Below are positions 39,157 through 49,126 of a stretch of 58,144 nt of DNA, piece after piece. A program made the translations under genes and the position numbers. The DNA comes from an uncultured Bdellovibrionales bacterium. Lineage in GTDB: Bacteria; Bdellovibrionota_C; UBA2361; OMII01. The DNA lies in assembly GCA_964654585.1 (NCBI GenBank), contig CAZZJR010000006.1, forward strand, positions 1-58,144. Direction: 5' to 3'. Within the stretch, counting starts at the first letter, position 1, and every line of letters begins with the position of its first letter. The notes beneath the pieces were generated by a model that was given only the letters and a program-made list of their open reading frames with translations, had not been told where the DNA came from and ran no database searches.

Positions 39157-41319
39157 TCAGCCCAAGCCAGGCAGCGCGGCCTGGCGCGCTCGGTCGCGAT
39201 ACAGCTTCATGAGAAGCTGCTGGCTACTCATCGAAACGGGACCACCTTCGGATTGTCGCTGATTGTAGGAGCCGTCAGGCTGTAGTTCCCAGGCGGAAAC
39301 AGCATCGTGGAGCTGCGCGCTCAGCAGCTCCCACACGCGCTCGCGAGAGAGACGCTCCAGAAGAGGCACCGCGACCTCGACCCGCCGGTGCAAGTTTCGG
39401 TGCATTGGATCAGCCGAGCTAATGTACATCGTGCCGTCGAGTGGGTCTTGGGCACCATTTCGGAAGTAGTATACCCGGCTGTGCTCTAGAAACCTGCCAA
39501 CGATCGAGATGACACGAGGGTTAATCGAGCTCTTCATAACAGTAGGCCTCAAACAGCAGATTCCCCGAATGATCAGGTCTACTGGAACCCCTGCCTGCGC
39601 CGCCTTGATCAGCGCACGACACACCCCGTGATCCTCAAGGCTGTTAGCTTTGATAATAATGTGAGTGTCGAGCCCCTTCTTGTGCAGCTCAATCTCGTGG
39701 TCGATCGCTGCGAGAAAAGAGTCACGCATCGAGACTGGTGCCGCGAGAATTCTCGAGTAGTCGCGCTTGAGGGATCGTCCAGTCAAGAAGTGGAACAGCT
39801 CAACGAGGTCATCGCACGTCTCTTTGTCGCAAGTGAAGAGCCCCAGATCAGTGTACGCGCGCGCAGTTGAGCTGTTGTAGTTTCCGGTGCCGATATGTGC
39901 GTAACATCGAGTTGTGTCATGCTCACGGCGGGCCACAAGCAGCACCTTGGCGTGGGTCTTGAGGCCCACGACGCCGTACACAACGTGAACACCTGCATCC
40001 TCAAGCATTTGCGCATGGCGGATATTGCGCGCTTCATCGAGCGAGGCTTTGACTTCGATCAGCACTGCAACCTGCTTCTCCTGCTCGGCGGCCCGGATCA
40101 GGAGCGGAATAAGCGCACTGTGATCTCCGAGGCGATAGAGCGTCATCTTGATGGAGAGCACGCGAGGGTCATCGACCGCCGTCCGCAAAAACCGCTCGAC
40201 GCTTGCGTTAAAAGACTCGTACGGATGGTGCACCACGATCTCGGACGAACGCATCACGGTGAAGATATTGGTGTCTTCGTCCGCAAGCTGCGGCGGCAGA
40301 ATTGGTGCCCAGGCCTCAAACTTCAGGTGAGGCACCGAGAGCTCGCAAACCTCCTTGAGCACCAAGTAGTCCATGGCCGACTCCGATACAAAGACATCCT
40401 CGGGCTGGAGGGCGAGCTCCTCCATCAGACAGCGAAGTATCGACGGATCGGGGCTCGGCGCAACTTCAAGACGCACCACCGACCCAAATTTTCGCTCTTT
40501 GAGTCCTTGCGAAATCAGCTCGACAATATCTTCCCCGTCCTCTGAATCGACCTCAATCTCTGAATTGCGAGTGATGCGGAAGGGCAAAACGCCCTGTACC
40601 TCCATCCCGGGGAAGAGTTCGTGAAGGTTGTGACGAATGAGCTCAGTGAGGCTAATCACTCTCAACTCATTGACGTGCTCTGATTCACCAACTTTCACCA
40701 ACTGTGGCAAGACGCTGGGGACTTTAACTCGCGCGAAAAGCTCCTCGTCGCGGTCTGGCTGTTTGAGAAGCACTCCGAGCGAAAGCGAGAGATTTGAGAT
40801 GAAGGGGAACGGGTGGCCGGGGTCTACCGCAAGCGGAGTCAGAACCGGGAAGATGGTGTCATGGAAGAGTCGTGTTGCAATTGCCCGCTCCCCACTGGAG
40901 AGGTCCTGCCACCTCATTACCTGAATCCCATTATCTCGGAGTGCCGGCCGAAGCTGGTCCGAGAGCACGGAATCTTGGACGCGACATAGATCCAGAACCG
41001 AGCCCCTAATTTCTTTTAGCTGCTGATCAAACCCTGCTCGCCAGGGAGAGTTAGGGCTCGAGAGCTCAAGCCGCTGCTGGATGCCTCCTACTCTACTCTG
41101 GAAAAATTCGTCGAGGTTCGACGTAAATATCGTGAGGAACCGAAGGCGCTCCAGAAGGGGCATCGAGGCAGACTGAGCCTGGGCAAGAACTCTACGATTA
41201 AACTCAAGCCAGCTTAGCTCACGGTTAAAAAATTCGTCCGACACATTCGTCGGCGCGACGCCCTCAAGTGGACTTCGAAGCAGCTTCCGCTTTCTCTTTC
41301 GCAGGCGGGACGAAACCAT
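39157..41319 (-). CDS. ppk1: Polyphosphate kinase 1
   Basis: NRELSWLEFNRRVL, HPFPFISN, HHPYESF, KTHAK, GTGNYN, GRFLEHSR. Confidence 0.98.
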   Translation of the reverse strand: MVSSRLRKRKRKLLRSPLEGVAPTNVSDEFFNRELSWLEFNRRVLAQAQSASMPLLERLRFLTIFTSNLDEFFQSRVGGIQQRLELSSPNSPWRAGFDQQLKEIRGSVLDLCRVQDSVLSDQLRPALRDNGIQVMRWQDLSSGERAIATRLFHDTIFPVLTPLAVDPGHPFPFISNLSLSLGVLLKQPDRDEELFARVKVPSVLPQLVKVGESEHVNELRVISLTELIRHNLHELFPGMEVQGVLPFRITRNSEIEVDSEDGEDIVELISQGLKERKFGSVVRLEVAPSPDPSILRCLMEELALQPEDVFVSESAMDYLVLKEVCELSVPHLKFEAWAPILPPQLADEDTNIFTVMRSSEIVVHHPYESFNASVERFLRTAVDDPRVLSIKMTLYRLGDHSALIPLLIRAAEQEKQVAVLIEVKASLDEARNIRHAQMLEDAGVHVVYGVVGLKTHAKVLLVARREHDTTRCYAHIGTGNYNSSTARAYTDLGLFTCDKETCDDLVELFHFLTGRSLKRDYSRILAAPVSMRDSFLAAIDHEIELHKKGLDTHIIIKANSLEDHGVCRALIKAAQAGVPVDLIIRGICCLRPTVMKSSINPRVISIVGRFLEHSRVYYFRNGAQDPLDGTMYISSADPMHRNLHRRVEVAVPLLERLSRERVWELLSAQLHDAVSAWELQPDGSYNQRQSEGGPVSMSSQQLLMKLYRDRARQAALPGLG

Positions 41320-41576
41320 CTATATAGCCTTGGAGCACCTTACGGAATTGCGTTACCCGGGCCGCGAGACGGAAGCCTGTTCACGCGCTGCTTGCGCTGA
41401 TTTTTGCCCCCCGAGTATGCCTTCTCAGCCCAGCCCCGATGATACCACGGCTGGGAGCCCTGTTCGACAACGGCGATTTTGAGCCTAAGTGCTTGTTTTG
41501 ACACGACCGTCAGAGCGCACGAACACTTGAACGGGTCATCCAAGCGGAGCTGACAGCCGGAAAACGCGCGAGGCGC

Positions 41577-41957
41577 CTAACGTCCGGAGCGTATTAGGCT
41601 GCTAGCCTCCTCGCGACGACGAAGCTCGCGCTCCTCTCGCTGGCGCTTCTTCTCAAGTTCAGCGCGCCGCTTGTCTGCCTCGCGCCTCTTCTCTCGCTCC
41701 TCGTGGATACGTCGATTTTCTTCTTTTTCTTTGGCTCTCTTGAGCTCTTGCTGAGCCCTCTTGTCGAGCACTGGGGTCGGAGTTGGCGGAAAGATCTGAC
41801 CTCGATACTGTCGTGGCACCTGCTCGATGCTATCCGCGAAGCGGATGTTACCTGCACTGTCCATGTATCGAAATCGCTCAGCGTGACTCGCTGCTGCCAG
41901 TGCGCCAACAGCCAAGGCCGCGATCGCTGTGAGCCAAAGAGGTGTGCCCCGTTTCAT
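41577..41957 (-). CDS. DUF4124-like exported protein with charged C-terminal helix
   Basis: Signal peptide, FRYMDSAGNIRFAD..VPRQYR motif, PTPTP linker, R/E/K-rich tail. Confidence 0.75.
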   Translation of the reverse strand: MKRGTPLWLTAIAALAVGALAAASHAERFRYMDSAGNIRFADSIEQVPRQYRGQIFPPTPTPVLDKRAQQELKRAKEKEENRRIHEEREKRREADKRRAELEKKRQREERELRRREEASSLIRSGR

Positions 41958-42062
41958 ACAGACATTATGCACCAGAAAAGCACCGGCGCGTCATAGCCCG
42001 CGAACCGCCCGCTACTGACAGCGTATCATCCTGGAGTAACTGCATTTTTGCTCACTACAGCG

Positions 42063-43928
42063 TTAGCTATCGGACCGCTTGAGCTTAGACTGCACTTTTT
42101 TGGCAAGCGCAAGGGTAATGCGCCCAGCCTTGGCTACCTCTTCCAGTTGCGCCTCTCGTATCGCCTCAACCGACCGGAAGTGCCTCAGGAGTCGAGACCT
42201 ACTCTCGGGAGAAACACCCGCTACTGTGTCAAGGACCGAGCGAAAGACTCGCCGCGAGCGAGTGTCTCGGTGGAATGTGATCACAAACCGATGGACCTCA
42301 TCCCGGATACGAACGAGAAACCTTGTTACGGCATCACCTTCGTTGAGCGCCAACGACTCATCACGCCCTGGGATGAAGAGTCTCTCTGGCTTCCGCTCGA
42401 TATCTTGCGCGAGCACCTCCCCTTCAGTGCGCATCTTCGCCAGGGCCACAATATCGACCGCTGCACGCAGGTCCTCGCGAGCCTTGAGAGCCATCGAGAG
42501 CTGTCCAGCGCCTCCGTCGATGACCAGCAGGTCCGGCATATCACCATCTTCCATTCCGCGCCGAATCCGCCTCGACACTACCTCGTAGATCGATGCGAAG
42601 TCGTTCGGCTTCCCATCCTGTGTGACTTTGTAGCGTCGATACCCGGCCTTGTCGGCAATCCCATCAAAGAAAGCAACGACTGCCCCGACGGTGTCGCTTC
42701 CCTGAAAGTTCGATATATCGACACACTCCACCCGACGCGGCATCTGCTTGAGCCCTAGGATCTGAGCCAGCCCTCTCGAAACCTCCTCCCAGCGTGACTC
42801 CTGCGTACGTGAACCCTCAAAGGCATGTCTGGCATTGAGTTCCGCCATCGAAATGAGCCGCGCCTTGGAGCCGCGCTGCGGACAGAGCACTTCCACTTTA
42901 CCTCCGCGCCGAGTGGCCAGGCCGGCCTCAATGAGCGTTGCATTCTCAAGCTCACGCGGAAGCAGGATCTCTGGCGGAATCTCTCGTCCACCTTCGTAAA
43001 ACTGCTGTACCACAGACTCGAGGGCCTCGTCGTCTGACAGCCGCACATCCTCAAGCACAAAGGTCTTGGTCTCGGCAATCCGCCCATAACGCACCAACAA
43101 TACGCACAGCGCTGCTTGGAGCCCCTCACGCACGAGCCCAAACACGTCTCGGCTCTCGCCACGGAACGAGATCAGCGAGTGTCCTGATTGGAAGCGCTCG
43201 AGAATCTCTATGCGGTCACGCCAAGCTGCCGCCTCCTCGAAACGCAGCCCCTCAGAGGCAGCCTCCATTTTCTGGGCCAGTAGCGCCACAACGCCTTTTG
43301 TCTTGCCCTGCAGAATCGCCACCGCCTGCTTTACGAGCTCGAGGTACTCCTCTCGTGACACCGGCTCGCAGCAAGGTGCACAGCAACGCTTAATTTGGAA
43401 CTCAAGGCACGGCCGCTGGCGGTTGTAGAGAACGGAGTCGGAGCACGACCTAAGTGGTATGACTTTTTTTATGACCTCAAGCACGTTTCGTAGCTCAGTG
43501 CTGAAGGCAAACGGCCCGTAGTAATCCGCGCCGTCGTTCTCGGGGCGCCGGACTGTCTCTAGCATGGGCCACTCGGCGCGCTCGTCAACTCGGATAGAGA
43601 GGTAGGCCTTGTCGTCCTTTAAGCGTATGTTGTAGCGCGGCTTGTGCTTCCCTATCAGGTCTCGCTCGAGCAAAAAAGCCTGCTCTTCGGTCTGGGTAAC
43701 CACGGTCTCAAACGAGGCTACTCGCTGTAGGAGGTATCCGATCTGGAACCGTCCGTCTCCACCACCCCCAAAGTAGGTACGAAGCCGGGCGCGGAGATCT
43801 TTCGCTTTTCCAACGTAGATTACCGCCTGAGTGTCATCGCGCATCAGGTACACCCCGGGCGCCTCTGGCGCGTGGGATACCTGGCGGCGGAGCAGGTCAA
43901 GCCGTTTAACGCTTCCGCTTTGTGTCAT
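42063..43928 (-). CDS. uvrC: Excinuclease ABC subunit C
   Basis: PGVYLM..IYVGKAK GIY-YIG, PRYNIRLKDDK, FEEAAAWRD, ECVDISN, PDLLVIDGG, RDEVHRF; ATG 43928. Confidence 0.97.
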   Translation of the reverse strand: MTQSGSVKRLDLLRRQVSHAPEAPGVYLMRDDTQAVIYVGKAKDLRARLRTYFGGGGDGRFQIGYLLQRVASFETVVTQTEEQAFLLERDLIGKHKPRYNIRLKDDKAYLSIRVDERAEWPMLETVRRPENDGADYYGPFAFSTELRNVLEVIKKVIPLRSCSDSVLYNRQRPCLEFQIKRCCAPCCEPVSREEYLELVKQAVAILQGKTKGVVALLAQKMEAASEGLRFEEAAAWRDRIEILERFQSGHSLISFRGESRDVFGLVREGLQAALCVLLVRYGRIAETKTFVLEDVRLSDDEALESVVQQFYEGGREIPPEILLPRELENATLIEAGLATRRGGKVEVLCPQRGSKARLISMAELNARHAFEGSRTQESRWEEVSRGLAQILGLKQMPRRVECVDISNFQGSDTVGAVVAFFDGIADKAGYRRYKVTQDGKPNDFASIYEVVSRRIRRGMEDGDMPDLLVIDGGAGQLSMALKAREDLRAAVDIVALAKMRTEGEVLAQDIERKPERLFIPGRDESLALNEGDAVTRFLVRIRDEVHRFVITFHRDTRSRRVFRSVLDTVAGVSPESRSRLLRHFRSVEAIREAQLEEVAKAGRITLALAKKVQSKLKRSDS

Positions 43929-44129
43929 ACGTAGTAAAATTTTGAGCCAACAGTGGGCGCAAGGAATCAGAAAATGCCCAATCTCTGGCAATATACCTAG
44001 AGAGACTATAGGGATGCGTGGGCGCAGTAGGCAATAAGCATCGCCGCAATAAAATGACATGAAAACGCACCCGGATACCCGCATCTGATTGCACAGCTGT
44101 CTGCCGGTCTGATAACCTCGCCCGTCGTC

Positions 44130-45158
44130 ATGGTGTTAAGCGATCTAGAGCGACTGATAATTGTCACGTCCCAGCTTCAGGCTGATGCGTCTTGCGCAGC
44201 TATCGCCAAAGCCTGTAACTGCAGAGAGCACAGCGTCAGGAGCACCCTCCGTAAGCTTGAGCAAAGCGGGATTATCAAGCAGTACCCGTTCATCAACGTC
44301 CATAGCCTTGGTTTTGAGAACTTCGTTTGCAACTTCTCCCTCAATCCTGCCTCTAAGGTAGCGCCCCAACTTGTCCAGGCGCTCGGAGACTCTGAACACA
44401 CCTCGTGGCTTTCGAAACGCACGGGCGACTTCCAGTGGGCTGCCTCCCTCTTTCTTGCAAACAGCTCAGAGATGGTATCGTTCATGGACCGGCTGACGAC
44501 ACCATTCCTTAATTCATTCCAGACAAAAGAAGTAGTAATTCACACCTCATGCCACCTCTTTCCCCGAAAGTACCTCTGCAAGGCAGCGGTCGAGCCGAGA
44601 CACCTCTACTACGGGCGCCTTGAGCAGCGGGCGAGCATTGACGAAGTAGACCATAAGATCCTCGCCGCTCTCTCTAAGCTCTCTCCGTGCACAGGAGCGA
44701 TAGTGGCTAGGACTGCGGGCATACCGGAAGCAACGGTTGCCTATCGAATCAAGAGCCTTCAAGAGCGCGGAGTCATAAGCGGGTTCGCGTACGCATTTTA
44801 CCCGCAAGCCCTCGCCCTCTTCGCCCACCGTTTCCTGGTCTCTCTCAAAGGGTTCTCTGCGCAGCTGAGAAATGACATTTTCGAATTTTGCCGAGATCAT
44901 CCAAATATCGTGTCGCTGATCAGCTCGATTGGAAATTGGGATTACGAAATTAAGATTGAGGGTTCCTCTGAGGAGCAGATTGACGGCGTCCTGTCCGAGT
45001 TCTCTTCGCGCTTTTCTGAATTTATTCTTGCGACGAAAACTTTCTCGCTCATGAAGGCGCAGAAAATTCTCTATTACCCTTTCAGGAACTTCACCACTGC
45101 GCTCGGAGCGTCACTGAGGGCTGCGAACTCCGACGTCAAGTTGCAGCAGAACAGCTGA
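44130..45158 (+). CDS. Tandem (double) Lrp/AsnC-family transcriptional regulator
   Basis: Two wHTH units (LQADASCAAIAK..LEQSGII; IDEVDHKILAAL..YRIKSLQERGVISGF), each followed by a RAM-like domain (TGDFQW; IGNWDYEI). Confidence 0.85.
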   Translation: MVLSDLERLIIVTSQLQADASCAAIAKACNCREHSVRSTLRKLEQSGIIKQYPFINVHSLGFENFVCNFSLNPASKVAPQLVQALGDSEHTSWLSKRTGDFQWAASLFLANSSEMVSFMDRLTTPFLNSFQTKEVVIHTSCHLFPRKYLCKAAVEPRHLYYGRLEQRASIDEVDHKILAALSKLSPCTGAIVARTAGIPEATVAYRIKSLQERGVISGFAYAFYPQALALFAHRFLVSLKGFSAQLRNDIFEFCRDHPNIVSLISSIGNWDYEIKIEGSSEEQIDGVLSEFSSRFSEFILATKTFSLMKAQKILYYPFRNFTTALGASLRAANSDVKLQQNS

Positions 45159-46019
45159 GCTCAGTCGCTCGTAGCCGTTGGAGCACCAAAAAGCAGCCGC
45201 GCTTGCAGTGTGAACACACACAAGGCTCGAGGCACAGCCGTTTTGCTTCAGCAGCGCAGAGGCCGCTCCCACGAGCGCAGTTGCTACGCGTCTTCGACGC
45301 CAAGGTGACAGAACCACGAGATGAAAAAGCATTGAGTCGAGCCCGCGGCTTCCGGCGAGCACAGCTCCCTGAAGCGATCCTGTTTCGGCATCTCGCACAC
45401 CGACCGCAAAGATATGCGCTCCCGATCTGCGCGCCATGTGCGCAACCTCCTCCCACGCTGGCAGGTGCACCTCCGAGTCTTCTCGCCAGAGAGCAACAGC
45501 GTCATCGAGAAGCTGCCCGGAGCCATGCTCAAGCCTGAGAGATGCTGGAAGAGCCTCCACCAACCCTAATGTCTCTATCTCTGAAAGTTCGGTTAGGTCT
45601 CGCCGGAGAAATGACTCTCCCCGCTGCACCTCGAACCCGTTGCAGTTGAGGAGATCCCTCATGTCACTGCCGTCAGCCCCAGCCAGAACTCGGAGCGGCG
45701 CGCCCGGATCAAGCTCTCTGAGCATAGCTTGGGCGAGCTGAGTTCCAACCTCTCGCCGTTCGATGCTGGCAGCCACGTAGAACTCCGACAAGAGGACTCT
45801 CACGCCAAAGTCCTGCCAACAGGCAACACCGAGAATCGTTCCATCAACGTCGACGACGACCACTCCCTCAATCCCAACTGGCGAGGCCCGCTGCAACAGC
45901 GCTGTTGGGCGCAGCCGGTTACTGTGCTGCGCTACGAGCTGCAAAACCGCCGGAACCAGTCGAGCGTCAAGCTTACGCAGCACTGCAGCGCTCGGTGCAC
46001 TTTCATCAGCGGTCTTCAT
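45111..46019 (-). CDS. Tandem GNAT-family acetyltransferase
   Basis: Two acetyl-CoA-binding-like motifs (ERREVGTQL; WRRRRVATALV) and A..FWCSNGY. Confidence 0.7.
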   Translation of the reverse strand: MKTADESAPSAAVLRKLDARLVPAVLQLVAQHSNRLRPTALLQRASPVGIEGVVVVDVDGTILGVACWQDFGVRVLLSEFYVAASIERREVGTQLAQAMLRELDPGAPLRVLAGADGSDMRDLLNCNGFEVQRGESFLRRDLTELSEIETLGLVEALPASLRLEHGSGQLLDDAVALWREDSEVHLPAWEEVAHMARRSGAHIFAVGVRDAETGSLQGAVLAGSRGLDSMLFHLVVLSPWRRRRVATALVGAASALLKQNGCASSLVCVHTASAAAFWCSNGYERLSSAVLLQLDVGVRSPQ

Positions 46020-46094
46020 GCTGGTCTCCCAGAACCTCCCTGCGGGTCGCGTATCACTGCCAAAAGCTCACAATACAGGCCAAGTTGCTGCTCC

Positions 46095-47114
46095 CTAAAA
46101 CAGCTTACGCTGCACCTGAACCATAAACGCATCCCCTGGAACGACTTTAAGCCTCACTGCTAGGACCGCAAGTCGGTTACGAAGCTCCGGGGGCATAGAG
46201 GCGAGCTTCACCGCATCCTTCTCGGTGCAGACGAGGGGTAGCTCCGGACTGCGGGCACAGAGGTCGCTAAGCTCTTGCTCCGAGAAGGGGTGATGATCAG
46301 CAAATGCCTCCCGAGCACTCACGACAAACCCGAGCTGCTCCAGGGAGTCAAAAAAGGTATCTGGATTCGCGATTGCTGCGAACGCCCCCACGTTTCTGGG
46401 AGCTAGCCGCTCGCCTGAATGTAGCCATCGCACGCCTTCTGCCTCAAAGTAGGCGCGGTAGACGCTTGTTCCCGATGGAAGAATCTTAAGCAGCCGTTCG
46501 TCGACGGGCGGGAGCATCTCCTGGCTGTCGGCAACGCGGCGCTCTGAGATGACAAACATGCTGGCACGACGGAGTGCCCGGTCCCGTGGCTCCCTGAACA
46601 ATCCGTCGGGCAGAAGTCGTCCAGCAACGAAAGCTTCAACCGCCTCTGGTGATCCAGCAAAAATTGAGACTATGTCCACGTTCCGTGCGAGAGCTCGGTG
46701 CTGAAAGCCGTCGTCGAGAACGATCACGTCGCCAGCTTGGTCACTTTCAATCTGCCTGGCCCCTCTCGCGCGCGACCGCGCGATGTAGACTGGCGCCCCT
46801 GCTGATTGCGCCATGAGCAGCGGCTCGTCGCCGACCCTGATCGGTGAATCTGAGAGCTGCACGCGGTACGGCCCCTTCTCAGAGCCGCCGTAGCCGCGTG
46901 ACAGGATTACTGGCTTCATCCCCCGCGAACGAAGCTCCTCCACAAGGTAGAGGCACAACGGCGTCTTGCCGTTTCCGCCAGCAGTCACGTTGCCAACACT
47001 GATGACCGGCAGCTTAGACGTGTAGGCTCGCAGCACGCCCGTGTCGTACATGGCGCCTCTGGCGGCCACAACGCTACCGTACAGAAGAGACGCGGCTTTT
47101 GAGAGCAGTCCCAT
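46095..47114 (-). CDS. lpxK: Tetraacyldisaccharide 4'-kinase
   Basis: PVISVGNVTAGGNGKTP, LSRGYG, GDEP, LDDGFQH, CTEKDAVK. Confidence 0.96.
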   Translation of the reverse strand: MGLLSKAASLLYGSVVAARGAMYDTGVLRAYTSKLPVISVGNVTAGGNGKTPLCLYLVEELRSRGMKPVILSRGYGGSEKGPYRVQLSDSPIRVGDEPLLMAQSAGAPVYIARSRARGARQIESDQAGDVIVLDDGFQHRALARNVDIVSIFAGSPEAVEAFVAGRLLPDGLFREPRDRALRRASMFVISERRVADSQEMLPPVDERLLKILPSGTSVYRAYFEAEGVRWLHSGERLAPRNVGAFAAIANPDTFFDSLEQLGFVVSAREAFADHHPFSEQELSDLCARSPELPLVCTEKDAVKLASMPPELRNRLAVLAVRLKVVPGDAFMVQVQRKLF

Positions 47115-47118
47115 CTCG

Positions 47119-48369
47119 CTACACCCCCTCAAGCAGCCGAAGCACACGCTGCGCTGAGCCGAGATGGCGCTGCCATACAGCTTTCCCTCGGGCGCCGACC
47201 TCGGCTAGCTCCTTAGAACTAGAGACCAGCTGCTTTACCACGCCAGATATCTCCGGCGCAGTCGAAACCTCGATAACGCCGTGCGAGTTGCGCAACTCTT
47301 CAACTACCCCTCGAATTACAGCGATATGCGGACCAACAACTACTGGCACCCCGTACATCGCTGGCTCAAGCGGATTGTGCCCACCTACATTGACCAGCGT
47401 TGCCCCAACAAACGCCAGGTCTGCTGCGGCGTAGCACCCCTCCAGCTCTCCCATGGCGTCCACCAAGAGTACCCGTCCCCGCGCAGCTTCGCCTACCGTT
47501 AGCTCACTCTTTTTTACGAAATCGATGGAACGCCCTTTGAGCCGTGATGCGAAGAGAGAGAACTTCTCTTGGTGCCGTGGCACAACCACGAGCCTAAGGT
47601 CATGACCATCGCTCCACGCCTCACCACACGCATCGAGCCACCACGGCTCTTCGTCCGGACGCACACTTCCAAGGACGAGGATTCGGGAACTGGGAGAGAG
47701 GTCACTAAAGAGCGAAGCACGGGTTTGCTCGCGCGCATCGTGAGCAGAGAATCTCGGTGCGACATCGTACTTCGTGTGACCCGTAACGTGCACGCGATCG
47801 GCTGGCGCACCGAGAGCCACAAAGCGCTCACGCTGCTGATCGTCTGGCACACAGATCAACCTACACTGTGAAACGAGCGGCCAGAAAAGCGCGCCAAGTC
47901 GTGAGTACCAACTCTCAGTGTAATCAGAGATCCTTCCATTGACGATCGAAATCGGAACTTTCCGCGTAAGCGCATGCCGCATCAGCTCTGGCCACAGCTC
48001 CGTTTCGGCGATGACAAAGTGCTTCGGCGTCACCGCTCGAAGGGCGCGCCGAACAAGGAACGGGGCGTCTAGCGGTACAAGTCGCGTGAAGTCTGCCAAG
48101 CTGCCTCCGCGCTCCAAGCCTGTTGGAGAGGTGCATGTGAGGAGCACCTTCTCGGCAGGCTTCTCCTGCTTGAGCAGGCGCAAGATCGGAGAGAGCCCTT
48201 GTACCTCTCCCACTGAGGCGCCGTGGAACCACCAGGGAGTGCCCGGTATTGAACCCCAGGATCCCAGGCGCTCTCTGAAGCGCGCACGCCCACGGCGAAA
48301 TGCCAGCAGCCCGGTGGCAACGACCGGTACTGCCAGCGTTGTTGCAAGAGCGTACGCTTTAGCCAGCAT
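47119..48369 (-). CDS. waaA: Kdo transferase
   Basis: WFHGASVGE, ETELWP, NGRIS, VPRH, MGEL, GGHNPLEPA; alternative start 48402. Confidence 0.95.
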   Translation of the reverse strand: MLAKAYALATTLAVPVVATGLLAFRRGRARFRERLGSWGSIPGTPWWFHGASVGEVQGLSPILRLLKQEKPAEKVLLTCTSPTGLERGGSLADFTRLVPLDAPFLVRRALRAVTPKHFVIAETELWPELMRHALTRKVPISIVNGRISDYTESWYSRLGALFWPLVSQCRLICVPDDQQRERFVALGAPADRVHVTGHTKYDVAPRFSAHDAREQTRASLFSDLSPSSRILVLGSVRPDEEPWWLDACGEAWSDGHDLRLVVVPRHQEKFSLFASRLKGRSIDFVKKSELTVGEAARGRVLLVDAMGELEGCYAAADLAFVGATLVNVGGHNPLEPAMYGVPVVVGPHIAVIRGVVEELRNSHGVIEVSTAPEISGVVKQLVSSSKELAEVGARGKAVWQRHLGSAQRVLRLLEGV

Positions 48370-49033
48370 CCCAGTACCTGTCTGCTTGCTCTGTGATGAC
48401 ATTCAAGGCTTCCTGAACCCGAGCCCGGGCACGCTCCTGATCTTCATCGACAGGAACCATCAGCGGCTCACCCAAGATTACCACGCCCCGCGAGAAGGGC
48501 TTCGGCACGATCATCCCATCCCAGGATGAGAGCTGCCACCTTTTTTCGGTCGAGTACGACATCGGAACGATGGGAACGCCGCTGCGCTGCGCTACCGCCA
48601 CGAGCCCCGCTTTGCATTCCTGTCGCGGGCCACGCGGACCATCCGGGGTGAATCCAACGTCACACCCCTCCTCTACTTTTCGGCACAGCTCCATCAGAGC
48701 CGCTATGCCACCCCGACTAGACGAACCAGCAACCGAGTAGATGCCCAGGAGCTGAATCGCAAATGCTATCAAGCGCCCATCGCCGTGTCGGCTGATAAGC
48801 ATGAAGGACCTCTTTGAGCGCCTGCCTCGAAGCCTCCAGTACGCATCGACGAGCATCAACATCCGGCCATGCCAGAAAGCGAACACGGCGGGCGGAGCAT
48901 CAGGCGCAGTCGCGGTATCTGGAAACCCGACGTACTGCCACCGAACGGTCATCCGGAGGAGCTTAATCACCACGGCCGCAAAGGTGCCGAGCACCACCGT
49001 CTTTACCCCCGAGAGAAAACCGCTCCTTGACAT
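48359..49033 (-). CDS. DUF374 lysophospholipid acyltransferase family protein (LpxJ-like)
   Basis: FWHG, LISRHGDG, GSSSRGG, TPDGPRGP, SWD..VPKPFS. Confidence 0.9.
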   Translation of the reverse strand: MSRSGFLSGVKTVVLGTFAAVVIKLLRMTVRWQYVGFPDTATAPDAPPAVFAFWHGRMLMLVDAYWRLRGRRSKRSFMLISRHGDGRLIAFAIQLLGIYSVAGSSSRGGIAALMELCRKVEEGCDVGFTPDGPRGPRQECKAGLVAVAQRSGVPIVPMSYSTEKRWQLSSWDGMIVPKPFSRGVVILGEPLMVPVDEDQERARARVQEALNVITEQADRYWDAG

Positions 49034-49126
49034 CTTTGGGAGTGTAACGGCCCTCGCCCCTTCCGTCAAAAGGCCTGGTGAAAACCGCCGCTTACCCCAA
49101 GTTTACGGCTGCCGAAACGAGGAGTT

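Noticed and set aside
42048-42758. Long antisense ORFs (also 14225-14974, 22088-22804, 36371-37084, 37512-38255)
   Set aside because: Shadow frames opposite well-supported genes
43929-44084. N-terminal extensions of uvrC (also lpxB 52489-52653 and yihY 20888-20980) in the ORF track
   Set aside because: Longest-ORF artefacts; family similarity begins at downstream ATGs
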